From an uncultured Clostridia bacterium (GTDB lineage Bacteria > Bacillota > Clostridia > Christensenellales > UBA1242), in the NCBI GenBank assembly GCA_944372365.1, contig CALVYP010000001.1, positions 5,427-69,426 on the forward strand: a DNA stretch of 64,000 bases. The letters are read 5' to 3'. This document shows positions 9,530 through 20,500 of the stretch, piece after piece. Positions within the stretch are counted from its first letter, which is position 1. Each line of letters begins with the position of its first letter. Below the pieces are notes generated by a model. That model was not told the origin of the DNA. It ran no database searches and worked only from the letters and a program-made list of their open reading frames with translations. A program made the translations under genes and the position numbers.

Positions 9530-10471
9530 TCAATTTGTTGCAAACAGCACAATTTCGGTTGGATAAAATTCACCGCCGTAGTTGCGCAGATAAAATTTAT
9601 AATTTTTGTTATATTGATGAATTAGTTTCGCAATTTGATATAAATGCTGATTTTTATGATAAACAGAGATTAAAAGCAACGGCTTTTCGCGCATAATATG
9701 CCCTTTGCAACCCTTCAACGCTTTTAACTCATCGCCTTCAATATCCATTTTAATTATATCCACTTTTTGTTTGATGTCGTCATCCAGCGCCACGCACTTG
9801 ATTTTATCTTTGCCATTTTGCGAGGTTTTGTTGGCTGATGATGAAAAAGCATTTAAATCTATAAACCTTTCGCATGTTTTATCGCTCACGCCAAACGGCT
9901 TTATTTTAATGCACGGCAAATTTTTAAGATTGCCCTGCAAGGTTGGCAAAATGCTTTGTGTGATTTCATAACAATAAATGCGTTTGTAGCAATCGCTGCC
10001 ATAACAATCCACAAAATCAAGCACAGTGTCACCAACATACGCGCCTACATCTACAAAAACAGCGTTTTTGCAGCGTGGAATTATATCTAAATCAAAATAG
10101 TGATGCTTGGTTGTTGAAAGTGATTTTTTAAGCGAAGTGAAATCATAATAAACCCAGTTTCGCAAAATCGCATACAGCAAAAACTTTGAAGAATAATCAA
10201 ACAGTTTTCTATACAGCCAAATAAAATCATTGATATGCTTTTTTAGAACATCCGCTTTTAAATAAATTTCATTAAAATCATCATCCTTAAGCGAAAGGCT
10301 GCCCCAAAAATCGTATTTTTTAAAATAACTTTCAAAAATTTGCTGAAAGTTTTGCGGCAAAAACAAAAAATTGCGTTTGATTTTTTCAAAAAGCTCTTTG
10401 GCACTCAAACTTTTAATTTCATCCGTAAGTTTGTAAAACTGCCTGTCAATATAGTTCATATTCTTCTCCAT
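9530..10471 (-). CDS. FkbM family SAM-dependent methyltransferase
   Basis: 313 aa. VFVDVGAYVGDTVLDF (SAM binding) and IIKMDIEGDELKALKG are typical of the FkbM family. Confidence 0.8.
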   Translation of the reverse strand: MEKNMNYIDRQFYKLTDEIKSLSAKELFEKIKRNFLFLPQNFQQIFESYFKKYDFWGSLSLKDDDFNEIYLKADVLKKHINDFIWLYRKLFDYSSKFLLYAILRNWVYYDFTSLKKSLSTTKHHYFDLDIIPRCKNAVFVDVGAYVGDTVLDFVDCYGSDCYKRIYCYEITQSILPTLQGNLKNLPCIKIKPFGVSDKTCERFIDLNAFSSSANKTSQNGKDKIKCVALDDDIKQKVDIIKMDIEGDELKALKGCKGHIMREKPLLLISVYHKNQHLYQIAKLIHQYNKNYKFYLRNYGGEFYPTEIVLFATN

Positions 10472-10523
10472 AAAAATATTATTCTTTTTAAATAAAAAAG
10501 TTTAATTTTTTTGTCGAAAAGTA

Positions 10524-10552
10524 TTGACGAGGGCTTGGTTTCGTGGTATATT
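10524..10552 (+). promoter_or_regulatory. Sigma-A type promoter, leaderless architecture
   Basis: TTGACG(10524-10529)-N17-TATATT(10547-10552) with TG at 10544-10545. ATG 10559 is 6 nt downstream. Confidence 0.6.
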
Positions 10553-10558
10553 AAAGTC

Positions 10559-10738
10559 ATGGAAAACGAAAGAATTTTTACAGGAAGATACAACAACCGC
10601 AAAGGGCATAAATATTATTTGAAAAAGCGTCTTAAACCAGCAGACTATCAGCTTTCGGGTGCAAAACAAAAGGCCGCTGATATATCAAAAGAGCCTGCAT
10701 TTAAGCCAAGCAAAAACAGCCCAGAATTTACAAGATAA
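10559..10738 (+). CDS. Small, very basic hypothetical protein (59 aa); could instead be a non-coding leader
   Basis: MENERIFTGRYNNRKGHKYYLKKRLKPADYQLSGAKQKAADISKEPAFKPSKNSPEFTR. The TTG start at 10511 in the ORF track lies upstream of the predicted promoter, so I use ATG 10559. No homolog recognised. Confidence 0.4.
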   Translation: MENERIFTGRYNNRKGHKYYLKKRLKPADYQLSGAKQKAADISKEPAFKPSKNSPEFTR

Positions 10739-10764
10739 CTCGCACACAAGTTGCGAGTTTTTTT
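10737..10764 (+). terminator. Intrinsic terminator
   Basis: AACTCGCA(10737-10744), a 7-nt loop, TGCGAGTT(10752-10759), then a T-run. Confidence 0.65.
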
Positions 10765-10777
10765 CATATATAAAAAT

Positions 10778-11452
10778 ATGAAAATTGCCATTGTTGGTGC
10801 ATGCGGCAGACTTGGGGCTGCTGTTTGCGAAATTTTACAAAAAAAACACGAAATTTTTAAAATTGATTTAAAAAAATCGCAATATTCTTGTTTGGAAGAA
10901 CTCAATCAACCACCTGATATGATTGTTGACGCGTCATGCGCGGCTCAATCAGTTCGCAGCGCTGCATTTGCAAACATTTTAGGCCTGCCATTAGTGATTG
11001 CATGCACTGGGCATGACGAACAACAACTTGAAAAAATTGCGTTTGCAAGCCAAAGCATACCTGTGTTTTTGGCCTACAATATGTCGGTGGGCGTGCAGGT
11101 TTTTAAGGATGCAGCGCAGTGCATCGCCGAAAATTTTGAAAGCGATGTGCATATACATGAAATTCATCACAAAAACAAAAAGGACGCGCCGTCTGGCACA
11201 GCCAAGGAGATAAAAAAATTGCTGGATTATTACAATCCAACAATTTCGTATGCTCGTGGTGGAAATGTGATTGGCACGCATGAAATAGATTTTTTTGGTG
11301 AGTATGAAACAATCACTCTCACCCACACCGCTCTTTCTAGAAGCTGTTTTGCAAACGGAGTTGCCGCAGCAAGCGAGTGGATTGTTGACAAACCAAACGG
11401 CATTTATGGCATGAGAGATTTAACTCACGGCGACGCTGTCATTCACCGATGA
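10778..11452 (+). CDS. dapB: 4-hydroxy-tetrahydrodipicolinate reductase
   Basis: DapB signature [15 protein letters not shown] and Rossmann N-terminus [14 protein letters not shown] chose ATG 10778 because the TTG at 10751 lies inside the upstream terminator hairpin. Confidence 0.85.
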   Translation: MKIAIVGACGRLGAAVCEILQKKHEIFKIDLKKSQYSCLEELNQPPDMIVDASCAAQSVRSAAFANILGLPLVIACTGHDEQQLEKIAFASQSIPVFLAYNMSVGVQVFKDAAQCIAENFESDVHIHEIHHKNKKDAPSGTAKEIKKLLDYYNPTISYARGGNVIGTHEIDFFGEYETITLTHTALSRSCFANGVAAASEWIVDKPNGIYGMRDLTHGDAVIHR

Positions 11453-11855
11453 TTTTGATAAGCACATGCTTTTGCCTTCTGCCATCAAACTCATAGTAAA
11501 AAATTTGCTCCCAAGTGCCAAAATCAAGCCTGCCATTAGTGATTGCAACAACGCACTCTCTGCCCATGATGGTGCGTTTTAAATGTGCATCGGCATTATC
11601 TTCAAACCCGTTGTGCTGATATTGCGAATATGGTTTTTCAGGGGCAAGATGTTCCAGCCACTTTTCAAAATCATGATGAAGCCCGCTTTCATCATCGTTT
11701 ATAAACACGCTTGCGGTGATGTTCATGGCATTGACCAGAACAAGCCCTTCTTTTATTCCGCTTTGAGTTACGGCGTCCTGCACTTGCCTTGTTATGTTGA
11801 CAAGCCCGCGCCTTGCTGGCACATTAAACCAAAGCTCTTTTCTAAATGATTTCAT
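11439..11855 (-). CDS. YjbQ/UPF0047 family protein (secondary thiamine-phosphate synthase family)
   Basis: [29 protein letters not shown] and [18 protein letters not shown]. Start set at ATG 11855 (SD AAGGAGAG) rather than 11873. Its 3' end overlaps the dapB 3' end by 14 nt (convergent). Confidence 0.85.
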   Translation of the reverse strand: MKSFRKELWFNVPARRGLVNITRQVQDAVTQSGIKEGLVLVNAMNITASVFINDDESGLHHDFEKWLEHLAPEKPYSQYQHNGFEDNADAHLKRTIMGRECVVAITNGRLDFGTWEQIFYYEFDGRRQKHVLIKIIGE

Positions 11856-11907
11856 TTTTCTCTCCTTATTCAAATTTTAACAAAATTAACCCCGCTCTTG
11901 CAAATGA

Positions 11908-11936
11908 TTGACAATAAAATGCAATATAACTATACT
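11908..11936 (+). promoter_or_regulatory. Sigma-A type promoter, leaderless architecture
   Basis: TTGACA(11908-11913)-N17-TATACT(11931-11936). ATG 11943 is 6 nt downstream, with no SD. Confidence 0.7.
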
Positions 11937-11942
11937 TAAATT

Positions 11943-12257
11943 ATGAAAACATTCTCAAATCTTGACGAAGGCTTTAAGTGCGCAGTTTGCGGCTGCGATG
12001 TTAAACCGCTTAAATATTCTTCTCGCGATCACTGCCCAAACTGTTTGTGTTCGCTGCATGTGGACATCAACCCTGGTGACAGATTGAATGATTGCAAAGG
12101 GGTTATGAAGCCAATTTCAATAATCCAAAGCGGCAAAAAAGGATATGTGATTGAATATAGGTGCTCTAAATGCGGGCAAATCCACAACAATAAAGCCGCT
12201 CAAGACGACAATTTTTCAACAATTCTTGCAGTAAGTAATGGAAAATATAAATTTTAA
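11943..12257 (+). CDS. RNHCP domain-containing zinc-ribbon protein
   Basis: 104 aa. CAVCG...SSRDHCPNCLCSLHVD...CSKCG matches the RNHCP-domain Cys pattern. Confidence 0.7.
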   Translation: MKTFSNLDEGFKCAVCGCDVKPLKYSSRDHCPNCLCSLHVDINPGDRLNDCKGVMKPISIIQSGKKGYVIEYRCSKCGQIHNNKAAQDDNFSTILAVSNGKYKF

Positions 12258-12266
12258 GGTGAAAAA

Positions 12267-12806
12267 ATGAAAATTTTAAACAAACAAGACAGTTTTAATC
12301 AGATTAAAAAACTCAGGCTCAATCGCGTACCAGAGATTATTGCAACTAAAAATGATTTGGCTAAGGTTGAAGAGTTTTTAGATAAAAATCCCGCGCCTAT
12401 ATATGTTATTCGTGATATAGAACACGCCATGGGCAGAACTTTTTTTGTTTCAAGCAAAGAAGAATGCCTTGCAAAAGCAAAAACCTATCCGTCGTTTTTT
12501 TCACTTGCGGTGTCGATTAAATCGTATCCTAATCGCGTTCTTATTGGCGACATTTATGTAAGTGGCGACAGCGTGGATATGACCTATTCTCTTAGCCCTG
12601 ATGGCAACCACCGAAATTTGGATGAAAGCATTTATGCTTCACTGGATGAAAACAGGCTGTGGGATATACCCGGTTTTAGCGATTTGATTAAATATGTAAC
12701 TGACAAAAATTTGTTTGATGTGATTGTGGAATTTGCAGTTTATAAAAATCCAGTTGGAGTAAACAAAGAAAAAGTGATCATCACCGAACTTAGAACAGAT
12801 TATTAA
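12267..12806 (+). CDS. Hypothetical protein (179 aa), co-operonic with the RNHCP gene
   Basis: Intact ORF 9 nt after the RNHCP stop, with SD AAGGTGA. No signal peptide, TM helix or recognised family. Confidence 0.6.
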   Translation: MKILNKQDSFNQIKKLRLNRVPEIIATKNDLAKVEEFLDKNPAPIYVIRDIEHAMGRTFFVSSKEECLAKAKTYPSFFSLAVSIKSYPNRVLIGDIYVSGDSVDMTYSLSPDGNHRNLDESIYASLDENRLWDIPGFSDLIKYVTDKNLFDVIVEFAVYKNPVGVNKEKVIITELRTDY

Positions 12807-13162
12807 AAAAAGCATTTAAAACTCGCTTTTTTTTAAAAAAATCATATTTATTAAATTTTTATAAAACAAGAATTTTAAAGCTTTTTTTGAGCAAAATTTT
12901 TAGCTTTTTATCATTATTTTAGGCAAAACATTTCCGTTTTTGAAAAGAAAAGTTGTTAGAAATATTGACACTGGAAAGCAAGAATTGGTGCAGCACGAAG
13001 AAGAAGTGATGCAAATAAGAGCGATGGGAGAACATTCTCCTGAAATCTTAAAAGAAAAACTTCAAGAAATGCCTTATTGCAGGATTGTCAAACTTGATGA
13101 AAGCATTTAAGGCCGCTGCTCCTGAAATTTCTACGCTTATCAAATAAAAACATGCTGAAAAC

Positions 13163-13197
13163 AAAAAACATAGGTGCAAAATATGCCTATGTTTTTT
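13163..13197. terminator. Bidirectional intrinsic terminator
   Basis: CATAGG(13169-13174), 11 nt, CCTATG(13186-13191), extended by pairing between the flanking A-run and T-run. Confidence 0.6.
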
Positions 13198-13236
13198 AAT
13201 GCTCTTCTGGTTTCAAACGCTTTTGAAAAACACTTT

Positions 13237-13941
13237 TTAACGCTGTATGTAATCTTCTTGCAAAGTGATTTGATGATCATTAAAATTTTTTTCTTGATGT
13301 TCGCCAATCACAACCGCAGTGCCAACAAGTGCCGCCAGTGCAGCTGCAACAAGAATGCCTGTGCCGATGTTTTTCAAAGCGTCCTTTGGATTGGCCGGAA
13401 GCGGAAGATTTCTTGAACGAACAAGAAAGTCATATTTGGATTGTTTAACGCGTTCGTCAATCTCTTGCTTATGCAAATTGTAGGTTTCTACAAATCTTTT
13501 TTCATCTACAATCAAATACGATAAAATTTTTGTTTTGCCAAAGTTGTCATCAATAAAATAGCGTGTTTGAGTTTTGACGATGGCATTTGAATCGTGCACA
13601 TAGTAAATCACTTCTCGCCTGAAAATAACCGTGTCTTTGCCTATGCCATATTTATATACATCCTTCTTTGATACGTAATCCTTTTCGCCGTCAAAAAAAC
13701 TTAGTTGCGAAATTTGGTTTTGAGATGAGATATCTTGCTGAGTAAAGTTGATGCCCATCTCTTGCGCCTGACGATATCTTTTTATAAATTCCATAATTAT
13801 CGCTTCGTCTTGCTCGACCGGTATATCAAAAACTGATTCAAAATTTTGTTTTGTAATTTTAAAGTCGTCAAAATAATGTCCGCCTAAAATGTCGGAGTAT
13901 TTACACTTGTAATAAATTTTTTTAAGCTTAGACAGTTTCAT
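13237..13941 (-). CDS. Hypothetical tail-anchored membrane protein (234 aa)
   Basis: Soluble N-terminal ~190 aa, then a single C-terminal TM helix (IGTGILVAAALAALVGTAVVIG). It has its own consensus promoter and SD AGAGAGG. Confidence 0.6.
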   Translation of the reverse strand: MKLSKLKKIYYKCKYSDILGGHYFDDFKITKQNFESVFDIPVEQDEAIIMEFIKRYRQAQEMGINFTQQDISSQNQISQLSFFDGEKDYVSKKDVYKYGIGKDTVIFRREVIYYVHDSNAIVKTQTRYFIDDNFGKTKILSYLIVDEKRFVETYNLHKQEIDERVKQSKYDFLVRSRNLPLPANPKDALKNIGTGILVAAALAALVGTAVVIGEHQEKNFNDHQITLQEDYIQR

Positions 13942-13964
13942 AGACCTCTCTTCTTACAAAAATA

Positions 13965-13993
13965 ATTATATCATTGTGGCATTTTGTTGTCAA
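13965..13993 (-). promoter_or_regulatory. Consensus sigma-A promoter
   Basis: The minus strand reads TTGACA (rc of 13988-13993)-N17-TATAAT (rc of 13965-13970). Leadered, with an SD. Confidence 0.7.
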
Positions 13994-13995
13994 TA

Positions 13996-14026
13996 TCAAA
14001 AAAAATCGCTTAAAAAAGCGATTTTT
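13996..14026 (-). terminator. rpoC intrinsic terminator
   Basis: AAAATCGCTT-AAAA-AAGCGATTTT hairpin, followed on the minus strand by a T-run. It begins 3 nt after the rpoC stop. Confidence 0.75.
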
Positions 14027-14028
14027 TG

Positions 14029-17000
14029 TTATCCAACATCTTCATCTTTTACAACAACAGGCATAACATCGCGATATTTTCTTACGCCAGTGCCTGCTGG
14101 AATAAGCTTGCCGATGATAACGTTTTCTTTGATGCCAGTAAGGTTATCCACCTTGCCTTTAAGCGCTGCGTCGGTGAGAACTCTGGATGTTTCTTGGAAT
14201 GATGCCGCTGAAAGGAAAGATTCGGTTGAAAGTGATGCCTTTGTGATGCCTTGCAAAATGCGCTTTGCAGTTGCAGGCACTCCGCCTTCTTGAAGCACTC
14301 TGTTGTTTTCTTCTTCACATTTATAAGTGTCAACAAGTTCACCTGGAAGAAGGTTTGTGTCACCAGAAGATTCAATTTTAACCTTTTTAAGCATCTGCCT
14401 GATGATTATTTCAACATGCTTGTCATTTACGCCAACATCTTGGCTTCTGTAAGCGCCGATAACTTCGCTGAGCAAGTATTCCTGCAAGCCTTTAAGACCG
14501 CGAAGCCTAAGCAGATCAGATGGGTTGCAAGGGCCTTGCGTAAGTTGGCTGCCCGGTTCAACCACATCGCCATCCTTAACAGCAAGCACTGCTGGTTTTT
14601 TGATTTCATATTCTTCATCACCTTCCTTGGATGAAACAGTGATGATGTAATATTTTTGATCTTGCTTAATTTTTACGCGCCCTGCAACTTCGCTAAGCAC
14701 GCATTCGCCCTTAGGTTTTCTAGCTTCAAAAATTTCTTCAACCCTTGGCAAACCTTGTGTGATGTCCGCTGCCACAGCTGACCCGCCTGAGTGGAAGGTT
14801 CTCATTGTAAGCTGTGTGCCCGGCTCGCCGATTGACTGAGCGGCGATGATTCCAACTGCTTCGCCAACGGTTACAATATTTTTGCCCGAAAGATTTCTGC
14901 CATAGCATTTTGCGCATACGCCATGCTTGCATTTGCATGTGAGAAGCGAACGAATTTGCACTTTTTTGATGCCTGCTTCTTGAATTTGCGCTGCCTGCTG
15001 TTTTGAAATCATCTCGTTTGATTTAACGATAACTTCTTTGGTTTTTGGATTGATGATGTCGTCAACTGCAACTCTGCCATATATTCTGTCTGCCAAAGTT
15101 TCTTGCACATTGCCGCCATGCACCAAATCGCTTACCCAAATGCCTTTAACTGCTTCGCCATTGTCAGCAAAGCAATCTTCTGTTGTGATTACAACATCTT
15201 GCGCAACATCAACAAGCCTTCTGGTAAGGTATCCAGAATCGGCTGTTTTAAGCGCCGTATCCATAAGGCCTTTTCTTGCACCCCTTGCAGAAAGGAAGTG
15301 CTCGACTGGTTGAAGACCATGGATGAAGTTGCTTCTTACTGGAATGTCAATTTTTTGTCCAGAAGCTGCGGTTTTAAGACCAACCATGCCGCAAACTGAG
15401 TTTAACTGCTGAGAAGATCCACGCGCCCCAGAAACGATGATGGTTTTGAGTGGATTGCCATCTTTAAGCTCTGTCAACGCTTCATTTTCAAGCTTCTTTT
15501 GAACGGCTGACCAAACTTCAATGTTGTTGTCAATTTTTTCATCGTTTGTGATAAGCCCACGCTTGAACAACTTTTCATTTTCGAGAACTTTTGTTTCTGC
15601 TTCTGCAAGATATTGCTTTTTGTTGCTTGGCTCTGTTCCGTCAAATGCATTGATTGTGTTTGCAATGAGTGTTGAGAATTTGTATCCCAAATCTTTAATT
15701 TTATCAAGCAAAATAGAGCAGCCTGTTGTGCCAATTTTATCATATGCAAGAGCGATGATCTTTTTAAGATCTTTTTTATCGATAATCTTGTTGATTTCAA
15801 GTTCGCAATAGTTTTCTGGCTTGCTTCTGTCAAGCAGCAATCCTTCTGGCAATGTTTGGCTGAAAATAATTCTGCCGATGCTTGTTTCAATGCGTTTTGA
15901 ATAAACTTTGCCGTCAATGGTTTTTGTTATGCGCACTTGAATTTTTGCTTGGATGTCAATCACATTGGTTTGATAAGCGATCATAGCTTCTTCAATAGAG
16001 TTGAAAATGCTGTTTTCGCCTTTTTTGCCTGGCAAAATTTGAGTCATTGAATAGCAGCCAAGCACAACGTCCTGAGTTGGCGTAACAATAGGTTCGCCAT
16101 CTGCAAGCTTCAAAATGTTGTTGGAAGCAAGCATAAGTGTGCGAGCTTCTGTGCGTGCGTCAAGTGAAAGTGGAACATGCACTGGCATTTGGTCACCGTC
16201 GAAGTCGGCGTTGAATGCTGTACATGAAGATGGATGAAGTTTGATTGCCCTGCCTTCAACCAGCACTGGCTCGAAAGCCTGAACAGACAGCCTGTGAAGC
16301 GTTGGGGCGCGGTTTAAAAGCACTGGATGCTCTTTAATAACTTCATCTAAAACATCCCAAACAACTGGTTTTTCGCGCTCAATCATGCGTTTAGCGCTTT
16401 TGATGTTGTTGGATTTGTTAAGTTCAATCAATCTGTTGATTATGAAAGGTTTAAAAAGTTCAAGCGCCATTTCTTTTGGCAGACCGCATTGATACATTTT
16501 AAGTTCTGGCCCAACAACGATAACGCTTCGACCAGAATAATCCACACGCTTGCCAAGCAGGTTTTGCCTAAATCTGCCCTGCTTGCCACCAAGCATTGAG
16601 GTGAGCGATTTTAAATCGCGCTGTTTAGAGCCTTGAACAGCTTTGCCGCGCTTGCCGTTGTCGATCAAGTTGTCAACGGCTTCTTGAAGCATACGCTTTT
16701 CGTTTCTAATGATAACCTCAGGCGCGCCAAGCTCCATAAGTTTTTTAAGACGATTGTTTCTGTTGATTACACGACGATAAAGATCGTTTAAGTCTGATGA
16801 AGCATATCTTCCGCCATCAAGCGGAACCATTGGACGAAGGTCTGGTGGAAGCACTGGAAGCACATCCAAAACCATCCAAGTTGGATCGTTTCCGCTTTTT
16901 AAGAAGGATTCAACCACATCAAGTTTTTTGATGGCTTTAATTCTTCTTTGCCCTTTCATTGTTGGAAGAGCGCTTTTAAGCGATTCGCTTTCTTTTTTAA

Positions 17001-17553
17001 GATCAACTTGTGAGAGAAGTTTTTTGATGGCTTCTGCGCCCATTGCAGCTTCAAAAGAGCCATAACCATATTTTTCGATAGCATCACGATATTCTTTGTC
17101 GGTGATGATTTGTTTGTAAACAAATTCGGTGTTTTTAGGATCAATTACAATGTAGTTGACATAATACACAACTTGTTCAAGCGCTTTTGGAGTTAAGTCA
17201 AGAAGCGTGCCGATTCTTGATGGCACAGATCTAAAATACCAAATGTGAGTTACAGGAGCAGCAAGTTCGATGTGACCCATTCTTTCTCTTCTAACCTTTG
17301 CGCGAGTAACTTCAACACCGCACTTATCACAAACCACGCCACGATAACGTATGCGCTTATATTTTCCGCAGTGGCACTCCCAGTCTTTTCTAGGCCCGAA
17401 AATTTTCTCGCAAAAAAGACCATCCTTTTCAGGCTTCTGTGTGCGATAGTTGATTGTTTCAGGCTTTGTTACTTCACCATGACTCCATTCTCTAATTTTT
17501 TCTGGTGAAGCGATGCCTATTCTAATTGAATCGAAGTTATTGAGTTCAAACAT
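14029..17553 (-). CDS. rpoC: DNA-directed RNA polymerase subunit beta'
   Basis: Catalytic NADFDGDQM and an N-terminal zinc motif (CHCGKY..C..CG). Start set at ATG 17553 ([33 protein letters not shown]); the TTG at 17577 in the track is unlikely. Confidence 0.97.
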   Translation of the reverse strand: MFELNNFDSIRIGIASPEKIREWSHGEVTKPETINYRTQKPEKDGLFCEKIFGPRKDWECHCGKYKRIRYRGVVCDKCGVEVTRAKVRRERMGHIELAAPVTHIWYFRSVPSRIGTLLDLTPKALEQVVYYVNYIVIDPKNTEFVYKQIITDKEYRDAIEKYGYGSFEAAMGAEAIKKLLSQVDLKKESESLKSALPTMKGQRRIKAIKKLDVVESFLKSGNDPTWMVLDVLPVLPPDLRPMVPLDGGRYASSDLNDLYRRVINRNNRLKKLMELGAPEVIIRNEKRMLQEAVDNLIDNGKRGKAVQGSKQRDLKSLTSMLGGKQGRFRQNLLGKRVDYSGRSVIVVGPELKMYQCGLPKEMALELFKPFIINRLIELNKSNNIKSAKRMIEREKPVVWDVLDEVIKEHPVLLNRAPTLHRLSVQAFEPVLVEGRAIKLHPSSCTAFNADFDGDQMPVHVPLSLDARTEARTLMLASNNILKLADGEPIVTPTQDVVLGCYSMTQILPGKKGENSIFNSIEEAMIAYQTNVIDIQAKIQVRITKTIDGKVYSKRIETSIGRIIFSQTLPEGLLLDRSKPENYCELEINKIIDKKDLKKIIALAYDKIGTTGCSILLDKIKDLGYKFSTLIANTINAFDGTEPSNKKQYLAEAETKVLENEKLFKRGLITNDEKIDNNIEVWSAVQKKLENEALTELKDGNPLKTIIVSGARGSSQQLNSVCGMVGLKTAASGQKIDIPVRSNFIHGLQPVEHFLSARGARKGLMDTALKTADSGYLTRRLVDVAQDVVITTEDCFADNGEAVKGIWVSDLVHGGNVQETLADRIYGRVAVDDIINPKTKEVIVKSNEMISKQQAAQIQEAGIKKVQIRSLLTCKCKHGVCAKCYGRNLSGKNIVTVGEAVGIIAAQSIGEPGTQLTMRTFHSGGSAVAADITQGLPRVEEIFEARKPKGECVLSEVAGRVKIKQDQKYYIITVSSKEGDEEYEIKKPAVLAVKDGDVVEPGSQLTQGPCNPSDLLRLRGLKGLQEYLLSEVIGAYRSQDVGVNDKHVEIIIRQMLKKVKIESSGDTNLLPGELVDTYKCEEENNRVLQEGGVPATAKRILQGITKASLSTESFLSAASFQETSRVLTDAALKGKVDNLTGIKENVIIGKLIPAGTGVRKYRDVMPVVVKDEDVG

Positions 17554-17588
17554 AACTTTCTCCCTTTTATCTGTCAAAATCTATATAA

Positions 17589-20500
17589 TTATTCGTCAAA
17601 ATCTCCAAAATCATCGAAGAGATCGGCTGTGTCAATGGCCGATGAAGAAATTTCTTCTTCATAAGATTTTTTAACCTCGTCTTCTTCTTCAGGTTTTTCA
17701 GCTTCTTGTTTTAACAAGTCGTCAAAATCAAGTGAAATATCATCAAAATCGTGTTCTGCTTCAATTGGAGTGATGTGTTCATCCTGTTCGTCCATAGAAA
17801 GCTCGTTGATTGAAATTTCTTGATTTGCTTCTGTTAAAATTTTGATGTCTAAGCCAAGTGCCTGCAATTCTTTAACCAAAACTTTAAAGGATTCTGGAAT
17901 TCCCGGTTCGGCAATAGGCTGACCTTTGATGATTGATTCATAAGTTTTTGTTCTGCCTGTGATATCGTCAGATTTGATTGTAAGCATTTCTTGCAGAACA
18001 TGGCTTGCGCCGTATGCTTCAAGCGCCCAAACTTCCATTTCACCAAATCTTTGTCCACCAAACAGCGACTTTCCGCCAAGAGGCTGCTGTGTGATAAGTG
18101 AATAAGATCCGATTGAACGAGCATGGATTTTGCTGTCTACCATGTGTTCAAGTTTAAGCATATATTTGTAGCCAACTGTGGTAAGGTTGTCAAACGGCTC
18201 GCCTGTTCTGCCGTCATAAAGCTGAACTTTGCCGTCTGCTGGGAAGTTGTTGCTTACAAGCAGCTCTTGAATTTGGTTGATGTCTGCTCCGTCAAAGTCT
18301 GGAGTTGCAATCTTCCAACCAAGCGAGCCTGCAACAAGACCCAAGTGAGTTTCAAGCACTTGGCCGATGTTCATTCTGGAAGTTACGCCAAGTGGGTTGA
18401 GCAGGATGTCAAGCGGCCTGCCGTTTGCCATGTAAGGCATATCGTTTTCTGGCATGATGATTGAAACAACGCCCTTGTTTCCGTAACGCCCTGCCATTTT
18501 ATCGCCGACAGAGAGTTTGCGCTTTTGTGCGATTGTAACCCTAACCATCATGTTTACGCCAGCATCAAGTTCGTCTTTATTTTTCTTAGAGAACACCTGC
18601 ACATCAACAACCACGCCTTCTTTGCCGTGTTTAACACGAAGCGATGTGTCTCTAACTTCTCTGGCCTTATCACCAAAGATTGCGCGAAGCAATCTTTCTT
18701 CTGGCGTGAGTTCGGTTTCGCCTTTTGGAGTAACCTTTCCAACCAAGATGTCGCCAGATCTTACTTCTGCGCCAACGCGGATGATTCCGTTTTCATCAAG
18801 GTTTTTAAGTGCTTCTTCACCAAGGTTTGGGATATCACGAGTGATAACTTCGTCACCGAGTTTGGTGTTTCGGCAGTAAACTTCTTCTTCCTTTAAGATG
18901 ATGGTTGTGTAAACATCTTCTTTAACAAGACGCTCGTTGATGAGAATAGCGTCTTCAAAGTTGTAACCTTGCCAGTTCATATAACCAACAAGAATGTTTT
19001 TGCCAAGTGCAAGTTCGCCGTTTTCGCAGCCGTAACCATCATAGATGACATCGCCTTCTTTAACCTTTTCACCCTTTTTAACACAAGGTTTTTGGTTGTT
19101 GCAGGTTTCTTGATTCATCTTTTCAAACTTGGTGAGAGTGTAGATGTCTTCATCACCTTTATCGGTTAAAATTCTAATCTCATCAGCGCTTACATAGCTA
19201 ACTGTGCCGCCGCGCTTTGCAATTCCAAGAGCGCCGCTGTCTCTTGCTGCACGATATTCCATGCCAGTTCCAACAATAGGAGCTTCTGGCCTAAGCACAG
19301 GCACAGCCTGCCTTTGCATGTTTGCGCCCATCAGCACACGGTTAACTTCGTTTGAGTTAAGGAATGGAATAAGCGCACTTGCCACAGAGATATATTGGCG
19401 TGGAGAAACATCCATATAATCTATTTGGCTTGCTGGCACTTCACCCATTGTTGAGCCGTGTCGAGCCATGATACGCTTGTTGATAAACCTTCCCTCTTCG
19501 TCAAGCGGTTCGGTTGCCTGAGCGATGTATGCCTTGTCTTCAATGTCCGCCATTTTGTATTCATATTTCTTTGAAACAATGCCGGTTTGTTTGTCTACTG
19601 GGCGATAAGGCGTTTCAAGGAAGCCGTATTCATTGACTTTAACATAAGTTGCAAGTGTGTCGATAAGACCGATGCTTTGGCCTTCTGGTGTTTCGATTGC
19701 GCATATTCTGCCATAGTGTGTGTAGTGAATATCACGAATTCCAACATCAGCACGTTCTTTTTTAACACCGCCAGGGCCTACAGCAGAGATTCTGCGCTTT
19801 TGTGAAAGCCCTGAAAGTGGGTTGTTTTGATCCATGAGTTGCGAAAGTGGAGATTGTGCAACAAAATCTTTAAGTGCTTTGTTGATTGGTTTTGGGTTTA
19901 TTATTTGAGAAGGTGTAACTTCGCTTAATTCTTTGCCCTGCAAAGTTTCTCTGATGTTTGTTGAAAGTTTTTGAACACCCGAACGGAAGGCTTTTCCAAG
20001 AAGTTCGCCAACTGTTGCAAGGCGCTTGTTTGAAAGGTGATCCACCTTGTCATAACTGCCAATGCCTTCAAGGCAATCAAGATAAACACTGATTGTGGCA
20101 AGTATATCATCCATAGTAAGCGTTGTAACAAGCAAGTTTTTGGCATTTTCTTTGATTGCTTCCAAACGCTTTTCTTTGGTTTTGTTTTCTTTCAAAATTT
20201 GCATGAGAGTTGGATAGTAAACTTCTTCGGTGATTCCAAGAGCTTTTTCATCGCAAGGAATAACTGCGCTGAGTCTAACCCTGTTGCTGCCTCTCATCAA
20301 GTGTTTTTTGCCGTTAACCTGCACCCAAACTTCGTTGATGCCGGCATCTTGAATTGCCCTTGCGTTTTCTTCGCTGATGATTTCGCCTGCTTTTACAAGC
20401 ACTTCATCTTTGACTGCGATGTTTTCAGCAGCTATAAGCCCCGGCAATCTGTTTGCAAGCGCAAGACAATTGTTGAATTTAAACCTGCCAACATTTGCAA

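Noticed and set aside
10553-10764. Lysine riboswitch or T-box leader upstream of dapB
   Set aside because: I could not find the conserved L-box elements (AGAGGNGC, GAGUA, GCCGAAG, CUGUCA) or the T-box sequence (GGGUGGNACCGCG) by eye. An intact leaderless ORF fits at least as well. Left as an open question in the findings.
10751-17577. ORF-track start codons TTG 10751 (dapB), 11873 (yjbQ-like), TTG 17577 (rpoC), 35287, 37354 and 37392
   Set aside because: Downstream ATGs are preceded by SDs or sit at the leaderless distance from a -10 box, and they match the expected protein N-termini. The longer versions overlap terminators or promoters.
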